Positions 17,423 to 27,019 of a stretch of 64,000 nt of DNA are shown one piece after another. Positions within the stretch are counted from its first letter, which is position 1. Each line of letters begins with the position of its first letter. This DNA is from an uncultured Mycoplasmatota bacterium. Its GTDB lineage: Bacteria > Bacillota_I > Bacilli_A > RF39 > UBA660. The notes under the pieces were generated by a model that saw nothing but the letters and a program-made list of their open reading frames with translations, did no database searches and was not told the DNA's origin. The stretch covers positions 3,776-67,775 of the forward strand of contig CANPPW010000002.1 in assembly GCA_947576095.1 (NCBI GenBank), read 5' to 3'. The position numbers and the translations under genes were made by a program.

Positions 17423-18259
17423 ATGAAAAAACAAAAAGAAACTTTAAAATATTTTGCCAAGATGTTAACAAGACCAGAACTTAGAATTTTACCTGGTCAG
17501 CTTGCTTTTTTTATTGTTTTATCTTTAATTCCAATTATTACAATTATAGTTTATTTTTCCTCTTTATTTGCTATATCAACAGATAGATTAGTAGGTTTTA
17601 TGGAAAATATAGTTCCTATGCAAATTATTGAGTTATTGATGCCTTATTTATTAGGTAAAAATATGGGGGTTGGAATTGGAATTTCGATGATTGTGGCATT
17701 TTTTACTTCTTCGAATGGACCTTATTCTATTATTATTACTACCAATATTCTTTATAAAATAGAAGATTCCTCTTTTATAAAAAGGCGTATAAAAGCTATT
17801 TTTATGACCATATTATTAGTATTATTAATTGTGTTTATGATGATCATATTTGCCTTTGGAGATCAAATTTTAAAATTTATTTTTACTCTTGGTATTTTTC
17901 AAAAAATATCAAAACAGGTTTCCTTTATTTATTATCTTTTAAAATGGACATTAGCTTTATTTATTCTTTTTTTCTTAATAAAACTTTTATATGTCTTAGC
18001 ACTGGATCATCCCATTCAAAGCAAATATATGAATAAAGGATCTTTTTTTGTTACAAGTGCTTTTGTAATTGTGTCTGTTCTCTATTCTTATTATGTGAGT
18101 TATTTTGCAAACTATAACATTATTTATGGAAGTTTATCTAGTATTGTAATTTTGATGATTTTTATTTATATTCTATCTTATATATTTGTCTTTGGAATGA
18201 TTATTAATAAAAACACATATGAACTGGAAAATACTGACGGGGATAAATTGGAAGATTAA
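17423..18259 (+). CDS. YihY/BrkB-family membrane protein
   Basis: ILPGQLAFFIVLSLIPII motif typical of YihY. Start at ATG 17423 with GAGG RBS. Confidence 0.7.
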   Translation: MKKQKETLKYFAKMLTRPELRILPGQLAFFIVLSLIPIITIIVYFSSLFAISTDRLVGFMENIVPMQIIELLMPYLLGKNMGVGIGISMIVAFFTSSNGPYSIIITTNILYKIEDSSFIKRRIKAIFMTILLVLLIVFMMIIFAFGDQILKFIFTLGIFQKISKQVSFIYYLLKWTLALFILFFLIKLLYVLALDHPIQSKYMNKGSFFVTSAFVIVSVLYSYYVSYFANYNIIYGSLSSIVILMIFIYILSYIFVFGMIINKNTYELENTDGDKLED

Positions 18260-18399
18260 GAGAATACTATAAGAGGATACAAAAGTATCTTCAGACTACA
18301 TTTAAATAGTACTCAAGCGAATTTAACTGTGAATTTATGCAAGTATTAGGGAAGAGAATATCTTATTAAAGAAAGCCAATAAGGTATTTTTTGGCATAC

Positions 18400-18425
18400 A
18401 AAAACATCCATATTGGGATGTTTTT
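18400..18425. terminator. Bidirectional terminator between convergent genes
   Basis: AAAAACATCC-atattg-GGATGTTTTT. Confidence 0.65.
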
Positions 18426-18426
18426 A

Positions 18427-19581
18427 CTAGATAGATATATCACCAGAGATTATTTCACTCAAAAATCTAAGATATAAATCTAAAATATTTGCCTTTTCTA
18501 CAGATTCTTTTACAGTAATATTCATTTGTCTTTCCTTTTTTCCATTTTCGGTAACAGTAATTTTTCCTACAATATCGCCTTTTTTTACAGGTGCTTTTAT
18601 AGAATTGATATCAAGTGTGTAATCTATTTTTTTCGATTTTTCAGATATCTTATGCAATGTAGTGATATCTTTCATTGGAACCAATGATACATATTTTTTC
18701 TTGCCTCTATCAATCTCTTTTTTTTGTAAAATTGTGTTTTTTGAAACGATTGTATCAAGTTTATAATTGGCAAATGCATAATCTAACATTTGTGTGGTTT
18801 CTGTATTTCTGACTTTATTATCCTCTTCTCCCATTACAACAGTAATTACACGCATTCCATTTTTTTTAGCTGTTGCTGTTAAACAGTAGCCAGCCTCTTT
18901 AGTATATCCTGTTTTAAAACCATCTACACCATCATAGAATTTTACAAGTTTATTTGTATTAACCAACCAGATTTCTTTATCAGTGCCTTTTCGAAGATAG
19001 TCTTCATAGATAGATGTAAATTCAAAAATTTTTTCATGCTTCGATAATTCTAAAGCAATCATAGCCATATCATAGGCACTAGAATAGTGATTTGCATCAT
19101 CAAGTCCATGAGGATTTTTAAAATTTGTATCTTTAAGATCTAATTCACGAGCTCTTTTATTCATTCTTTTTACAAATTCTTCTTTACTACCAGCAATCCT
19201 TTCTGCAAGAGCTACAACAGCATCATTTCCACTAGCCACGGCAACTCCCTTAAATAAATCATATACACTCATTTTCTCGCCTGTTTCAAGCAATATCTGA
19301 CTTCCTCCCATACTAGAAGCATTTTCAGATACAGTAACCATTTCATCCCATGAAAGAGTTTTATCTTCAATGGCCTCCATAACGAGAAGCATACTCATCA
19401 TTTTTGTCATACTAGCTGGATGTAATTTTTCATGACTATTTTTTTCAAATAAAATTGTTTCTGTTGTTGGCTCTATTATAATAGCACTTTTGGCATTTGC
19501 TGCGAGTGAAATTTCTTCTGCTCTAATATTAGGAGCAAAAGAAAGAATAAATAAACTGCATAATATTAAAAATTTTTTCAT
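18427..19581 (-). CDS. D-alanyl-D-alanine carboxypeptidase (peptidase S11, PBP5-like)
   Basis: SMTK, SGN (ASGND) and KTG (FKTGYT) motifs. Signal peptide. Confidence 0.85.
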   Translation of the reverse strand: MKKFLILCSLFILSFAPNIRAEEISLAANAKSAIIIEPTTETILFEKNSHEKLHPASMTKMMSMLLVMEAIEDKTLSWDEMVTVSENASSMGGSQILLETGEKMSVYDLFKGVAVASGNDAVVALAERIAGSKEEFVKRMNKRARELDLKDTNFKNPHGLDDANHYSSAYDMAMIALELSKHEKIFEFTSIYEDYLRKGTDKEIWLVNTNKLVKFYDGVDGFKTGYTKEAGYCLTATAKKNGMRVITVVMGEEDNKVRNTETTQMLDYAFANYKLDTIVSKNTILQKKEIDRGKKKYVSLVPMKDITTLHKISEKSKKIDYTLDINSIKAPVKKGDIVGKITVTENGKKERQMNITVKESVEKANILDLYLRFLSEIISGDISI

Positions 19582-19694
19582 GCTTCACCTCTAGTAAACC
19601 ATATGAAAAATATCTCTAAAAAAGAATATTATATTGAATATTTTTAAAAGGATTTTTTTTAAATTGTAAGTAAATATAAGTAAGGAGGTAAAGT

Positions 19695-20825
19695 ATGAAA
19701 AAATTATTATTTATAACAATTATATTATTTTGCTGTTGTTCTGCGAAAGCGATTGAGCCAGTAGGGATTACAAAAAAAGCTACAGAAGTTTATTCTACCA
19801 AAACACTCACAAATGGGAAGAGGGTTCGGGCACAATTATTTTATCTTTATGTGAATGATGAAATTGCATATTGTATAGAACCTGGTGTTGTTTTGCATGA
19901 TATTCCATATCAGTCCAGTATGGATTTTGAGTCATTTGGAATTTCGGATGACATAAGGGAAGAATTGGAGAGAATTGCTTATTATGGATATGATTATGAG
20001 AATCATCAAAATTTATATTATTATATGGCAACTCAACAATTAATTTGGGAAAAAATGGGATCCCAAAATATAGTCTGGGATACAGCAAGTAATGATTTAC
20101 CTAATATTGATGATTATAAGAAAGAGATTCTGCGTTTGATGGAAAAACATAATGTATTTCCTAGTTTTGCAGAAAGTACTATATCTGTGAAGGTTGGGGA
20201 ACCCTATAAATTGGTAGATCAGAATGGTGTTCTTGATGATTTTGAAGGTGATGGTATAAAAATTGAAAATAATACTATTATTTTCGATAGTAGTGAAGAA
20301 GTAACCAAAACATATACCTTACATCAAAAAAGAAGAAAGTCTGTTAGTTTTGCCTATTTTGCTAATTCATCACAAAGTTTGGCAACATTTGGGCTTTCCA
20401 ACCCCCAGCAAAAGCATTTTTCCTTTTCAGTTAAATTTTTGAAAGAAAAGGGGCGAATTATTCTTACGAAAAAGGATGGTAGTACTCAATTACCATTAGA
20501 GGGAGCAACATTTATTTTATATGATCAAAATCATGTTTTATTAGAAAAAAAGGTCAGCTCTTCAAATGGTGTGATTACTTGGGATAATCTTCCTTATGGA
20601 AAATACTTTATTAAGGAAGAATCTGCCCCAAAGGGATATGTTTTACTGGATGAAGAAATAGAAGTCCATTTATCTCAAAAAGAAAAACAGATTATTACTT
20701 GTAATCAGCCAACTCAAATGCCTATAACAAGTAACATAGATTCTAAATATGAAAGATTAGCACTATCATTTTTTGGTGCTGGATGTATTTTACTTTATGT
20801 TTTTAAAAAGATTTTTAAAAGTTAG
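19695..20825 (+). CDS. Secreted cell-surface protein with N-terminal TQXA/thioester-like domain, Cna-B/prealbumin-like domain and C-terminal hydrophobic anchor
   Basis: Signal peptide. YCIEPG ... ATQQLIWE motifs. TFILYDQNHVLL...GKYFIKEESAPKGYVL is CnaB-like. C-terminal hydrophobic stretch plus KKIFKS tail with no canonical LPXTG. Confidence 0.55.
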   Translation: MKKLLFITIILFCCCSAKAIEPVGITKKATEVYSTKTLTNGKRVRAQLFYLYVNDEIAYCIEPGVVLHDIPYQSSMDFESFGISDDIREELERIAYYGYDYENHQNLYYYMATQQLIWEKMGSQNIVWDTASNDLPNIDDYKKEILRLMEKHNVFPSFAESTISVKVGEPYKLVDQNGVLDDFEGDGIKIENNTIIFDSSEEVTKTYTLHQKRRKSVSFAYFANSSQSLATFGLSNPQQKHFSFSVKFLKEKGRIILTKKDGSTQLPLEGATFILYDQNHVLLEKKVSSSNGVITWDNLPYGKYFIKEESAPKGYVLLDEEIEVHLSQKEKQIITCNQPTQMPITSNIDSKYERLALSFFGAGCILLYVFKKIFKS

Positions 20826-21336
20826 TATATTTCTTTGTTTTGTGATAGGATTTCTTTTCCTTTTCTTTATTTATTATAGGATATATAGGTATAGTAAAAT
20901 AGAAAAAAAGTTCATTCATGAAAAACAGGTAGAGGAACAAAGATATACACAAATTCCCTATATAGAAATTCCTACTTTGCACATTTCAAAAATCATTAAA
21001 TCAAGTACAGATAAAGAGATATTAGATAAATATTACATTGGCATTTGGAACAAAGAAAAAAATATTGATCAAATAAATCATCTAGTTTTAGCAGGACATA
21101 ATGTGAAAAGCGTGTTTGGTACTTTACACAAAATAGAAATAGGAGATAAGGTGTATATTTTTTATAAAGATAAAAAATATATTTATCAAGTATCTTTAAA
21201 AAAGGAGATTTACATAACGGAGATGGATTATTTAAAAGATACGAATTATAAAAAATTATCTTTACTCACATGCACAAAAAACAACCAAATTAGGTTGTTA
21301 GTACAAGCTATATTTCAAGAAAGCCATTCTCTTTAA
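20773..21336 (+). CDS. Sortase-family transpeptidase
   Basis: N-terminal TM. His (LVLAGHN), Cys (LSLLTCT = TLXTC) and Arg (IRLLVQA) triad. Overlaps the end of the upstream surface-protein gene. Confidence 0.7.
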   Translation: MVLDVFYFMFLKRFLKVSIFLCFVIGFLFLFFIYYRIYRYSKIEKKFIHEKQVEEQRYTQIPYIEIPTLHISKIIKSSTDKEILDKYYIGIWNKEKNIDQINHLVLAGHNVKSVFGTLHKIEIGDKVYIFYKDKKYIYQVSLKKEIYITEMDYLKDTNYKKLSLLTCTKNNQIRLLVQAIFQESHSL

Positions 21337-21536
21337 ATATGATCATTTAAAGTTTTTAAAATTTCCTTTTGCATAGATGAACTACCATTTTTCCATAGAA
21401 TTTCGAAAAATACACCCAATCCAGGGAGTGTTACCTCTTCGTTTTCTTTAATAGAAGATTCAATAGACTCTTTTATTTCATCAATATCGGCTCCTTTAAA
21501 ATTATTTTTTATATATTTTCGTATATCTGTATCCAT
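21333..21536 (-). CDS. sspI: Small acid-soluble spore protein SspI
   Basis: TLPGLGVFFEILWKNGSSSMQKEILKTL matches B. subtilis SspI (MLPGLGVLFEVIW...NEMLKTLE). GGGTGA RBS. Confidence 0.7.
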   Translation of the reverse strand: MDTDIRKYIKNNFKGADIDEIKESIESSIKENEEVTLPGLGVFFEILWKNGSSSMQKEILKTLNDHI

Positions 21537-21557
21537 ATAATCACCCTTTCATTTCTA

Positions 21558-21587
21558 TAGTGATCCTAGCTTCTTTTATTTATACAG
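21558..21587 (-). promoter_or_regulatory. Candidate forespore (sigma-G/F type) promoter of sspI
   Basis: On minus strand: GTATA-N18-CACTATA upstream of sspI RBS. The -10 has one mismatch to CATnnTA. Confidence 0.3.
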
Positions 21588-21673
21588 GATCTTGTATATT
21601 TTTTAATTTATAATGTAAAAAGCTAAATTCCATTATAAAAAAATATACAAAAAAAGTAGCACACTTGCTACCC

Positions 21674-21940
21674 TTACATGACATGATAATTAGAACCATT
21701 AAAAGAATCTTTAGTACTTAGGGCACTTTCTAGGTTAGTCAATCTTTTATCGAGCATATTAATTTGTCCTTGCATATTATTTAATTGTTCTTGTAGTGTA
21801 TTAGATCCCATATTGGGGGTGTTTGCGTATCCATTTGGGATATTCATCATACCTGGATTTGCTGCCATATTTTGATTGATAGGCATTGCATAAGGTGGAT
21901 ATGCAGGATATGGCATTCCACAATTTCTATCTTTTTTCAT
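21674..21940 (-). CDS. Pro/Tyr/Met/Asn-rich small protein (possible spore coat or sporulation protein), hypothetical
   Basis: AAGGAG RBS 8 nt before ATG at 21940. Low-complexity PYPAYPPYAMPINQNMAANPGMM then coiled-coil-like tail. Confidence 0.45.
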   Translation of the reverse strand: MKKDRNCGMPYPAYPPYAMPINQNMAANPGMMNIPNGYANTPNMGSNTLQEQLNNMQGQINMLDKRLTNLESALSTKDSFNGSNYHVM

Positions 21941-22361
21941 TTTCCACACTCCTTATTCTAATAAAGTATATGTTTTAGATAAATAAAAGTACCAAATTGT
22001 GGAATTTTTAATAAAATCGTATCATTCTTATAGGAGAGTTGTGGTGAAGTAAAGTAAATGTTAGAAAAAATGATGAGAAAATACAAGTTATATAATTAAT
22101 TTGTATTTTTTTATAATCTTTTAGATAAGAAATAATCTAATCTAGAATGATCCTTTAGATTAAAATTACTATAGACTAACTGATTAAGGATACTTCTTTT
22201 CTATAATTTTTATTTGGCATATTCATTATATCATATTTTTTATTTATCAGTCTTTTTATTTACACAGCTTTGGTTTTAATAGTGTCAAACTTCCGTGTAA
22301 AATGTGAAAATACTTGATTTTTAAAATTTACAATGATATAAATTAAGAAGGAGGGAATGTA

Positions 22362-22847
22362 TTGATGAAAAAGTCTGTAATAATAGCAATTATAGCAGTT
22401 GTAATATTAGTGGTAATAGGAGGAGTTATTTTTGTTAATTTAAATAAAGAAAAAGCCTCTATTACAGCTTCAAGTTTTTATACTACTATGTCCCAAAAAG
22501 GATATAGTGTTCAAGATTCAACTAGTCAATATTCAGAGTATGATTATGTAAAACAAGTATATATAGCTGTTAGTAAAGATTATAGTTATCAGATTGAATT
22601 TTATGAACTTTTAGATGATTCGTATGCAACTAGTTTTTATAATAATAACAAATCTATTTTTGAATCATCAAAAGGAAATGCTTCGGCTGAAACAAGTGTA
22701 GGATTGAAGAATTATTCAAAATATACTTTATCATCAAATGGCCAATATATGGTTGTTTCAAAAATAAATAATACTGTTATATATGTCAAAGTAGATGATG
22801 ATTATAAAAACACTGTAAAAGATATACTGGAAGAATTAGGGTATTAA
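22362..22847 (+). CDS. Hypothetical membrane-anchored secreted protein
   Basis: N-terminal TM/signal anchor. AAGGAGGG RBS. Confidence 0.45.
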   Translation: MMKKSVIIAIIAVVILVVIGGVIFVNLNKEKASITASSFYTTMSQKGYSVQDSTSQYSEYDYVKQVYIAVSKDYSYQIEFYELLDDSYATSFYNNNKSIFESSKGNASAETSVGLKNYSKYTLSSNGQYMVVSKINNTVIYVKVDDDYKNTVKDILEELGY

Positions 22848-22865
22848 ATTTAGGAGAAAATAAAG

Positions 22866-23291
22866 ATGAATGATACATTAATGTTTGTAATGGTATTCTC
22901 GGGAGTTTTTGGAGTCAATGGAACTATCTTTTTTATAATAGGAATTGTAATGCTTAATAATAGAAAGAAAAAAAAGATAAATTGCACTTCAAAAACCTAT
23001 GGAAAAGTAGTAAATATAGTTAGAAATCAAAGTTATAGCTATAATTCAAGTTGGCATCCAGTGTTTGAATATAATATAGGCGAACTTAAATTTATAAAAG
23101 AATCTGCATGTGGGAGTTCTCAATCAAAATATGCAATAGGGCAAGAGGTAGAGGTATATTATAATCCAGAAGATTATAACGAATACTATATAGCTGGAGA
23201 TACTTTACCCAAAACATTAGCAATAATTTTTACTATTGTAGGAATAGTTGCAATAATGATAGCTATAGTTTTTGCAATACTAATGTTGTAA
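22866..23291 (+). CDS. Small two-TM membrane protein (DUF3592-like architecture)
   Basis: TM - soluble middle domain - TM. Confidence 0.45.
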   Translation: MNDTLMFVMVFSGVFGVNGTIFFIIGIVMLNNRKKKKINCTSKTYGKVVNIVRNQSYSYNSSWHPVFEYNIGELKFIKESACGSSQSKYAIGQEVEVYYNPEDYNEYYIAGDTLPKTLAIIFTIVGIVAIMIAIVFAILML

Positions 23292-23382
23292 ATAGATTTT
23301 AAATATTGAAATAAAATGATATTAAGAACGAGTAATATATATAGGTATTGTAATTACTCTCCTAAAACTTGAAAATTAGTCA

Positions 23383-23780
23383 CTAATGAGAGTGAAATAA
23401 AGTGTGTTCGTTTTTCAAATTACGCACTTTACTTGTTCTTCCTCGAGCTAGTTGAACTATACTGAAATTTAAGATGGAGTAGGTCAAAACTGCATCAATC
23501 ATACACATCTATCCTTTTATACTTTGGTTTTATTGTTAAAATCTTCAGTTAAGCCATTACTGTAACCGTATATAAGAGCTAACTGCATTAATATCACTTT
23601 CAATAAAGTTAATAAAACTATTTAATTTTAAGATATTCATTTAGCTTTTTCAATCCATAAATCAAATTGTTCTGGTTTCTTAGAAAATATGACTTAAATT
23701 CCTTTTCTGATTCAATAAGCTTATTTGATTCTTCATTTTGATTTAAATAGAAAATAATATCGTTTTTTAGATTTTGGTTA
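23383..23780 (-). mobile_element. Decayed ISL3-family transposase C-terminal remnant (pseudogene fragments with stops and frameshifts)
   Basis: Minus-strand translations give YSNGLTEDFNNKTKV* (compare ISL3 motif SNGxTEGxNNKIKVxKR), ..KPEQFDLWIEKAK*, and MIDAVLTYSILNFSIVQLARGRTSKVRNLKNEH*. No intact ORF across 640 bp. Confidence 0.4.
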
Positions 23781-23951
23781 CAAGTTAATTATATAACAGT
23801 TTTTAAGTTTGCGTGTTTTCTATTTTTTTCTTGAGTAATTTATTTTCCCACATCTAGTTTACTACATCGAGAGTTGTTTATTCGTTGACTTTTTATCATT
23901 TTAAATATATACTTAAATAGAAAGAAATTCATAGTGATATGGGAGTTTATT

Positions 23952-25097
23952 ATGGAAAAAAAAGTACAATTGATTATTCTTTTTTTGTTGTTTAGCCTAT
24001 TATTTTGGGTTTATCCTAAGAACATTTTAGCTACATCGAATGTAGTAGGAACAAAAACAAAGGTATTAACAGAGATATCAGAAAAGGAAGCAGGAAATGA
24101 TACCTATGTTATGTATGGACCTATTGAACAAGGTATTTACATTCCTCATCGAATGGTACTCATATTAAGGTTTGTTTTTAATGTGATTCGGTACGCAGTT
24201 CCGATCATTTTGATTATTTTGGGAATGGTGGATTTTTCTAGGGCTGTTATATCAAATGATAGTGATATGATTCCCAAAGCTTTAAAAAGATTTGGAGAAA
24301 GGATTATGGCGGCAGCTCTTGTTTTCTGTGCACTTGCAATTGTAAAAATTTTATTTACTGTAGTTGGGGGTAGTGAAAACCTATTTGGATTTGTAAACTG
24401 TGTTTTGAATAATGATCACTGTGTACATGCTAGTTTAGATGAACAAGTGATAAATCCTAATATCAAAATGCCTAAAATAAGAACCGATCTCAAATATATT
24501 GTTAAGAAAGTTTTAAAAAGTAATAATACTACAGGTAATAATACTGCTACAGATAACAATAATACTAGTTCTGGAATGATTTTTATTGGGGATTCAAGGT
24601 TTGTTGGTATGCAAAAGGTGGTATCCTCTAATAAAGATGCATATATTGCAGAGGTTGGAAAAGGGTATGATTGGTTTGTTAGTACAGCTATTCCTAAGAT
24701 TAATACAATCATTAAAGCATCTAACAAAAAATATACAATTTTTATAAATTTAGGAATTAATGATGCTATATATAATGGTGTTAATAGCGTTCAGGTTCAA
24801 AAATATGCTGATAAAATAAATGAATTAGCGAATGGTAGTTGGAAAAAACATAAGGTTGTATTTGTAAGTGTAAACCCTAAGTTTGGATTAGGAGGAGCGT
24901 ATCCTCATATCACCAATGGAGCTATTCAGTCTTTTAATACTTCTATAAAAGGAATGCTTAATAAAAATGTATCTTACTGTGATACATATAATGGGATAGG
25001 TGAAACAGGGTTTCAAGCGGAAACTACGGGGGAAATTCATTACACACCAGAAACTTATAAAAAGATATACAATTATATTGTTAAAAATTGCAAATAA
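23952..25097 (+). CDS. Membrane protein with C-terminal SGNH/GDSL hydrolase domain
   Basis: Signal peptide, two TM helices separated by a short loop, Asn/Thr-rich linker, then GDS motif (MIFIGDSRFVGM) and SGNH-like C-terminal region. GGGAG RBS before ATG 23952. Confidence 0.55.
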   Translation: MEKKVQLIILFLLFSLLFWVYPKNILATSNVVGTKTKVLTEISEKEAGNDTYVMYGPIEQGIYIPHRMVLILRFVFNVIRYAVPIILIILGMVDFSRAVISNDSDMIPKALKRFGERIMAAALVFCALAIVKILFTVVGGSENLFGFVNCVLNNDHCVHASLDEQVINPNIKMPKIRTDLKYIVKKVLKSNNTTGNNTATDNNNTSSGMIFIGDSRFVGMQKVVSSNKDAYIAEVGKGYDWFVSTAIPKINTIIKASNKKYTIFINLGINDAIYNGVNSVQVQKYADKINELANGSWKKHKVVFVSVNPKFGLGGAYPHITNGAIQSFNTSIKGMLNKNVSYCDTYNGIGETGFQAETTGEIHYTPETYKKIYNYIVKNCK

Positions 25098-25120
25098 GCA
25101 AGAGAGTGTCTTGCTTTTTT
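25097..25120. terminator. Bidirectional terminator
   Basis: AGCAAGA-gagtg-TCTTGCT followed by TTTTT. Confidence 0.65.
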
Positions 25121-25175
25121 GCTTCCTTTCAAAAATCTAGTTGTTGAAAAAACATATAAATATCAACCAGTTGAT

Positions 25176-25721
25176 TTATTCAAAACAATTACAACTATAA
25201 GAATCTAAAAGTTCATTAACATCTACTAATTTATATATACCTTCTACAAAACAAAATCTTATAATCAAATCATAAATATTGTTTTTTGGTAACGAATAAG
25301 AGGCACTTTCTAAAAGTTCTTCTATTTCCTTTTCACTAAGTTCTAAAGCAAGTCCCAGTAATATAACAGTCTCTTTACTTGGATGATAAGATTCATTACT
25401 TCTGATTTTAGAAAATAGTCTACGATCTATATGTACTTTATTATAAACTTCACTATCTTTCATTTTCTTTTTATCAATAAAATGAAAAAGTAGCTGTTGA
25501 AATTTATTTTCATTCTTATGATTGGTTATGTAATGTTGAATATCTTCAAAGTTTAATTTTTCTATAGGAAAAGAAGAAGATTTTTCTTTTAAATCACATA
25601 AACTATCACTATTAAAAGAACAATTTTTTTTAAGTCTATACCTTACATTTTTTAATTTGAACATTTCGTTATTATGTAGGATATCATTAATATATTTATT
25701 TAATTTTTCTTTTATATTCAT
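25176..25721 (-). CDS. Hypothetical protein with C-terminal XRE-like HTH domain
   Basis: AAGGAGA RBS 7 nt before second ATG. C-terminal SEVYNKVHIDRRLFSKIRSNESYHPSKETVILLGLALELSEKEIEELL resembles HTH_XRE-type segments. Confidence 0.5.
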   Translation of the reverse strand: MNIKEKLNKYINDILHNNEMFKLKNVRYRLKKNCSFNSDSLCDLKEKSSSFPIEKLNFEDIQHYITNHKNENKFQQLLFHFIDKKKMKDSEVYNKVHIDRRLFSKIRSNESYHPSKETVILLGLALELSEKEIEELLESASYSLPKNNIYDLIIRFCFVEGIYKLVDVNELLDSYSCNCFE

Positions 25722-25792
25722 AAAAAAGTCTCCTTTCATGCGACCAAATTTATAATTTATTGTAGTATTATTATATCAGAAAGGGAATGATT

Positions 25793-26221
25793 ATGGAAAA
25801 GAAGTTAGAACAGTTAAAAAATAAAGTATTATTAGATGTATATAGCCAGGGAGGTTTTGGAAGGTCACCAGGAATTTGTGGAACAATTATAACAGATGAT
25901 AAAAAAGTGTATACATATTACAACTTTATATTTATACCTGATTCATTTAAAGATAAAGGAATTCCAAAGTCAACTATCAATTTTATCAGAACAATTGATG
26001 ATGAAGAATATGAAGAAATAGAAAAAATGATAGAAGTGGATATTATTGGAAAGGAAAATAAAACAGCCAATATTCGTGATGTTTCATATTATATAGAAGG
26101 AATTTATAAAGGGAAAAAATTCAGATTAAGAAATGCGATAGATAAAAATGGAAATGGTTTATATTTTAAGATTAGTAAATTTATAGAAAAGTATAAAAGT
26201 AAGATAAGAGATGAAAAATAA
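25793..26221 (+). CDS. Hypothetical protein
   Basis: AAAGGGA RBS. No recognisable motifs. Confidence 0.45.
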   Translation: MEKKLEQLKNKVLLDVYSQGGFGRSPGICGTIITDDKKVYTYYNFIFIPDSFKDKGIPKSTINFIRTIDDEEYEEIEKMIEVDIIGKENKTANIRDVSYYIEGIYKGKKFRLRNAIDKNGNGLYFKISKFIEKYKSKIRDEK

Positions 26222-26224
26222 TAA

Positions 26225-26253
26225 GGATAGTCAACTGCTATCTTTATTTTTTT
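26225..26253 (+). terminator. Rho-independent terminator
   Basis: GGATAG-tcaactg-CTATCT followed by T-rich run. Confidence 0.45.
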
Positions 26254-26305
26254 AGTGTATTTGACTTGAGAATATTTACAATGGTATAATAAAATCGGTG
26301 ATAAA

Positions 26306-26938
26306 ATGAGATTAAAGCATGTAAAAAATGCAGAGATATTCGTTGAAAGATCTCCTTATGTTCTTTTAGATCCAGAGAAGTATAAGGGGAGATATGAGGA
26401 AGTTTTTAAAAATACAAATCCCATTTATATCGAAATTGGAATGGGCAAAGGAAAGTTTGTGATTGAAAACGCTAAAAAATATCCTCATATTAATTTCATA
26501 GGGATAGAAAAATATGATAGTGTTTTATTAAGAGCCATTCAAAAACTAGAAGACGAAAATCTTCCTAATTTAAGACTGATTCGAATGGATGCCATCAGTA
26601 TTGATCAAATATTTAATCAAGAAATAGATTTAATATATTTGAACTTCTCCGATCCATGGCCTAAAGATCGTCATGCTAAAAGGAGATTATCTAGTTTTTC
26701 ATTTTTACAAAAGTATGACAAAATTTGTAAATCAAAAAAACATATTATTATGAAGACTGATAATAGGCATCTTTTTGAATATTCTGTTTGTTCATTTACA
26801 GATTATGGGTATCATATTAAAGATATTTCATTAGATTTATATAAAGATATATATCTGGATAATATTGCAACAGAATATGAACAAAAATTTCATAATCAAG
26901 GATATCCTATTTATAGAATTGAAGTAGAAAAAAAATAA
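26306..26938 (+). CDS. trmB: tRNA (guanine46-N7)-methyltransferase
   Basis: EIGMGKGKF, LNFSDPWPKDRHAKRRL motifs. Confidence 0.88.
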   Translation: MRLKHVKNAEIFVERSPYVLLDPEKYKGRYEEVFKNTNPIYIEIGMGKGKFVIENAKKYPHINFIGIEKYDSVLLRAIQKLEDENLPNLRLIRMDAISIDQIFNQEIDLIYLNFSDPWPKDRHAKRRLSSFSFLQKYDKICKSKKHIIMKTDNRHLFEYSVCSFTDYGYHIKDISLDLYKDIYLDNIATEYEQKFHNQGYPIYRIEVEKK

Positions 26939-27019
26939 GTTTACATATTTTGACATTTTTAGAAGAAAAACTTTTGAATCTAAAAAAAATTTGATATAAT
27001 ATAGCAAGAGTGGTGAATT

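Noticed and set aside
23470-23480. Single GGTCAAA heptad (possible CtsR half-site)
   Set aside because: Only one copy, inside the IS remnant. A CtsR operator needs a tandem repeat.
24416-24727. 103-aa minus ORF
   Set aside because: Antisense within the SGNH-hydrolase membrane protein gene.
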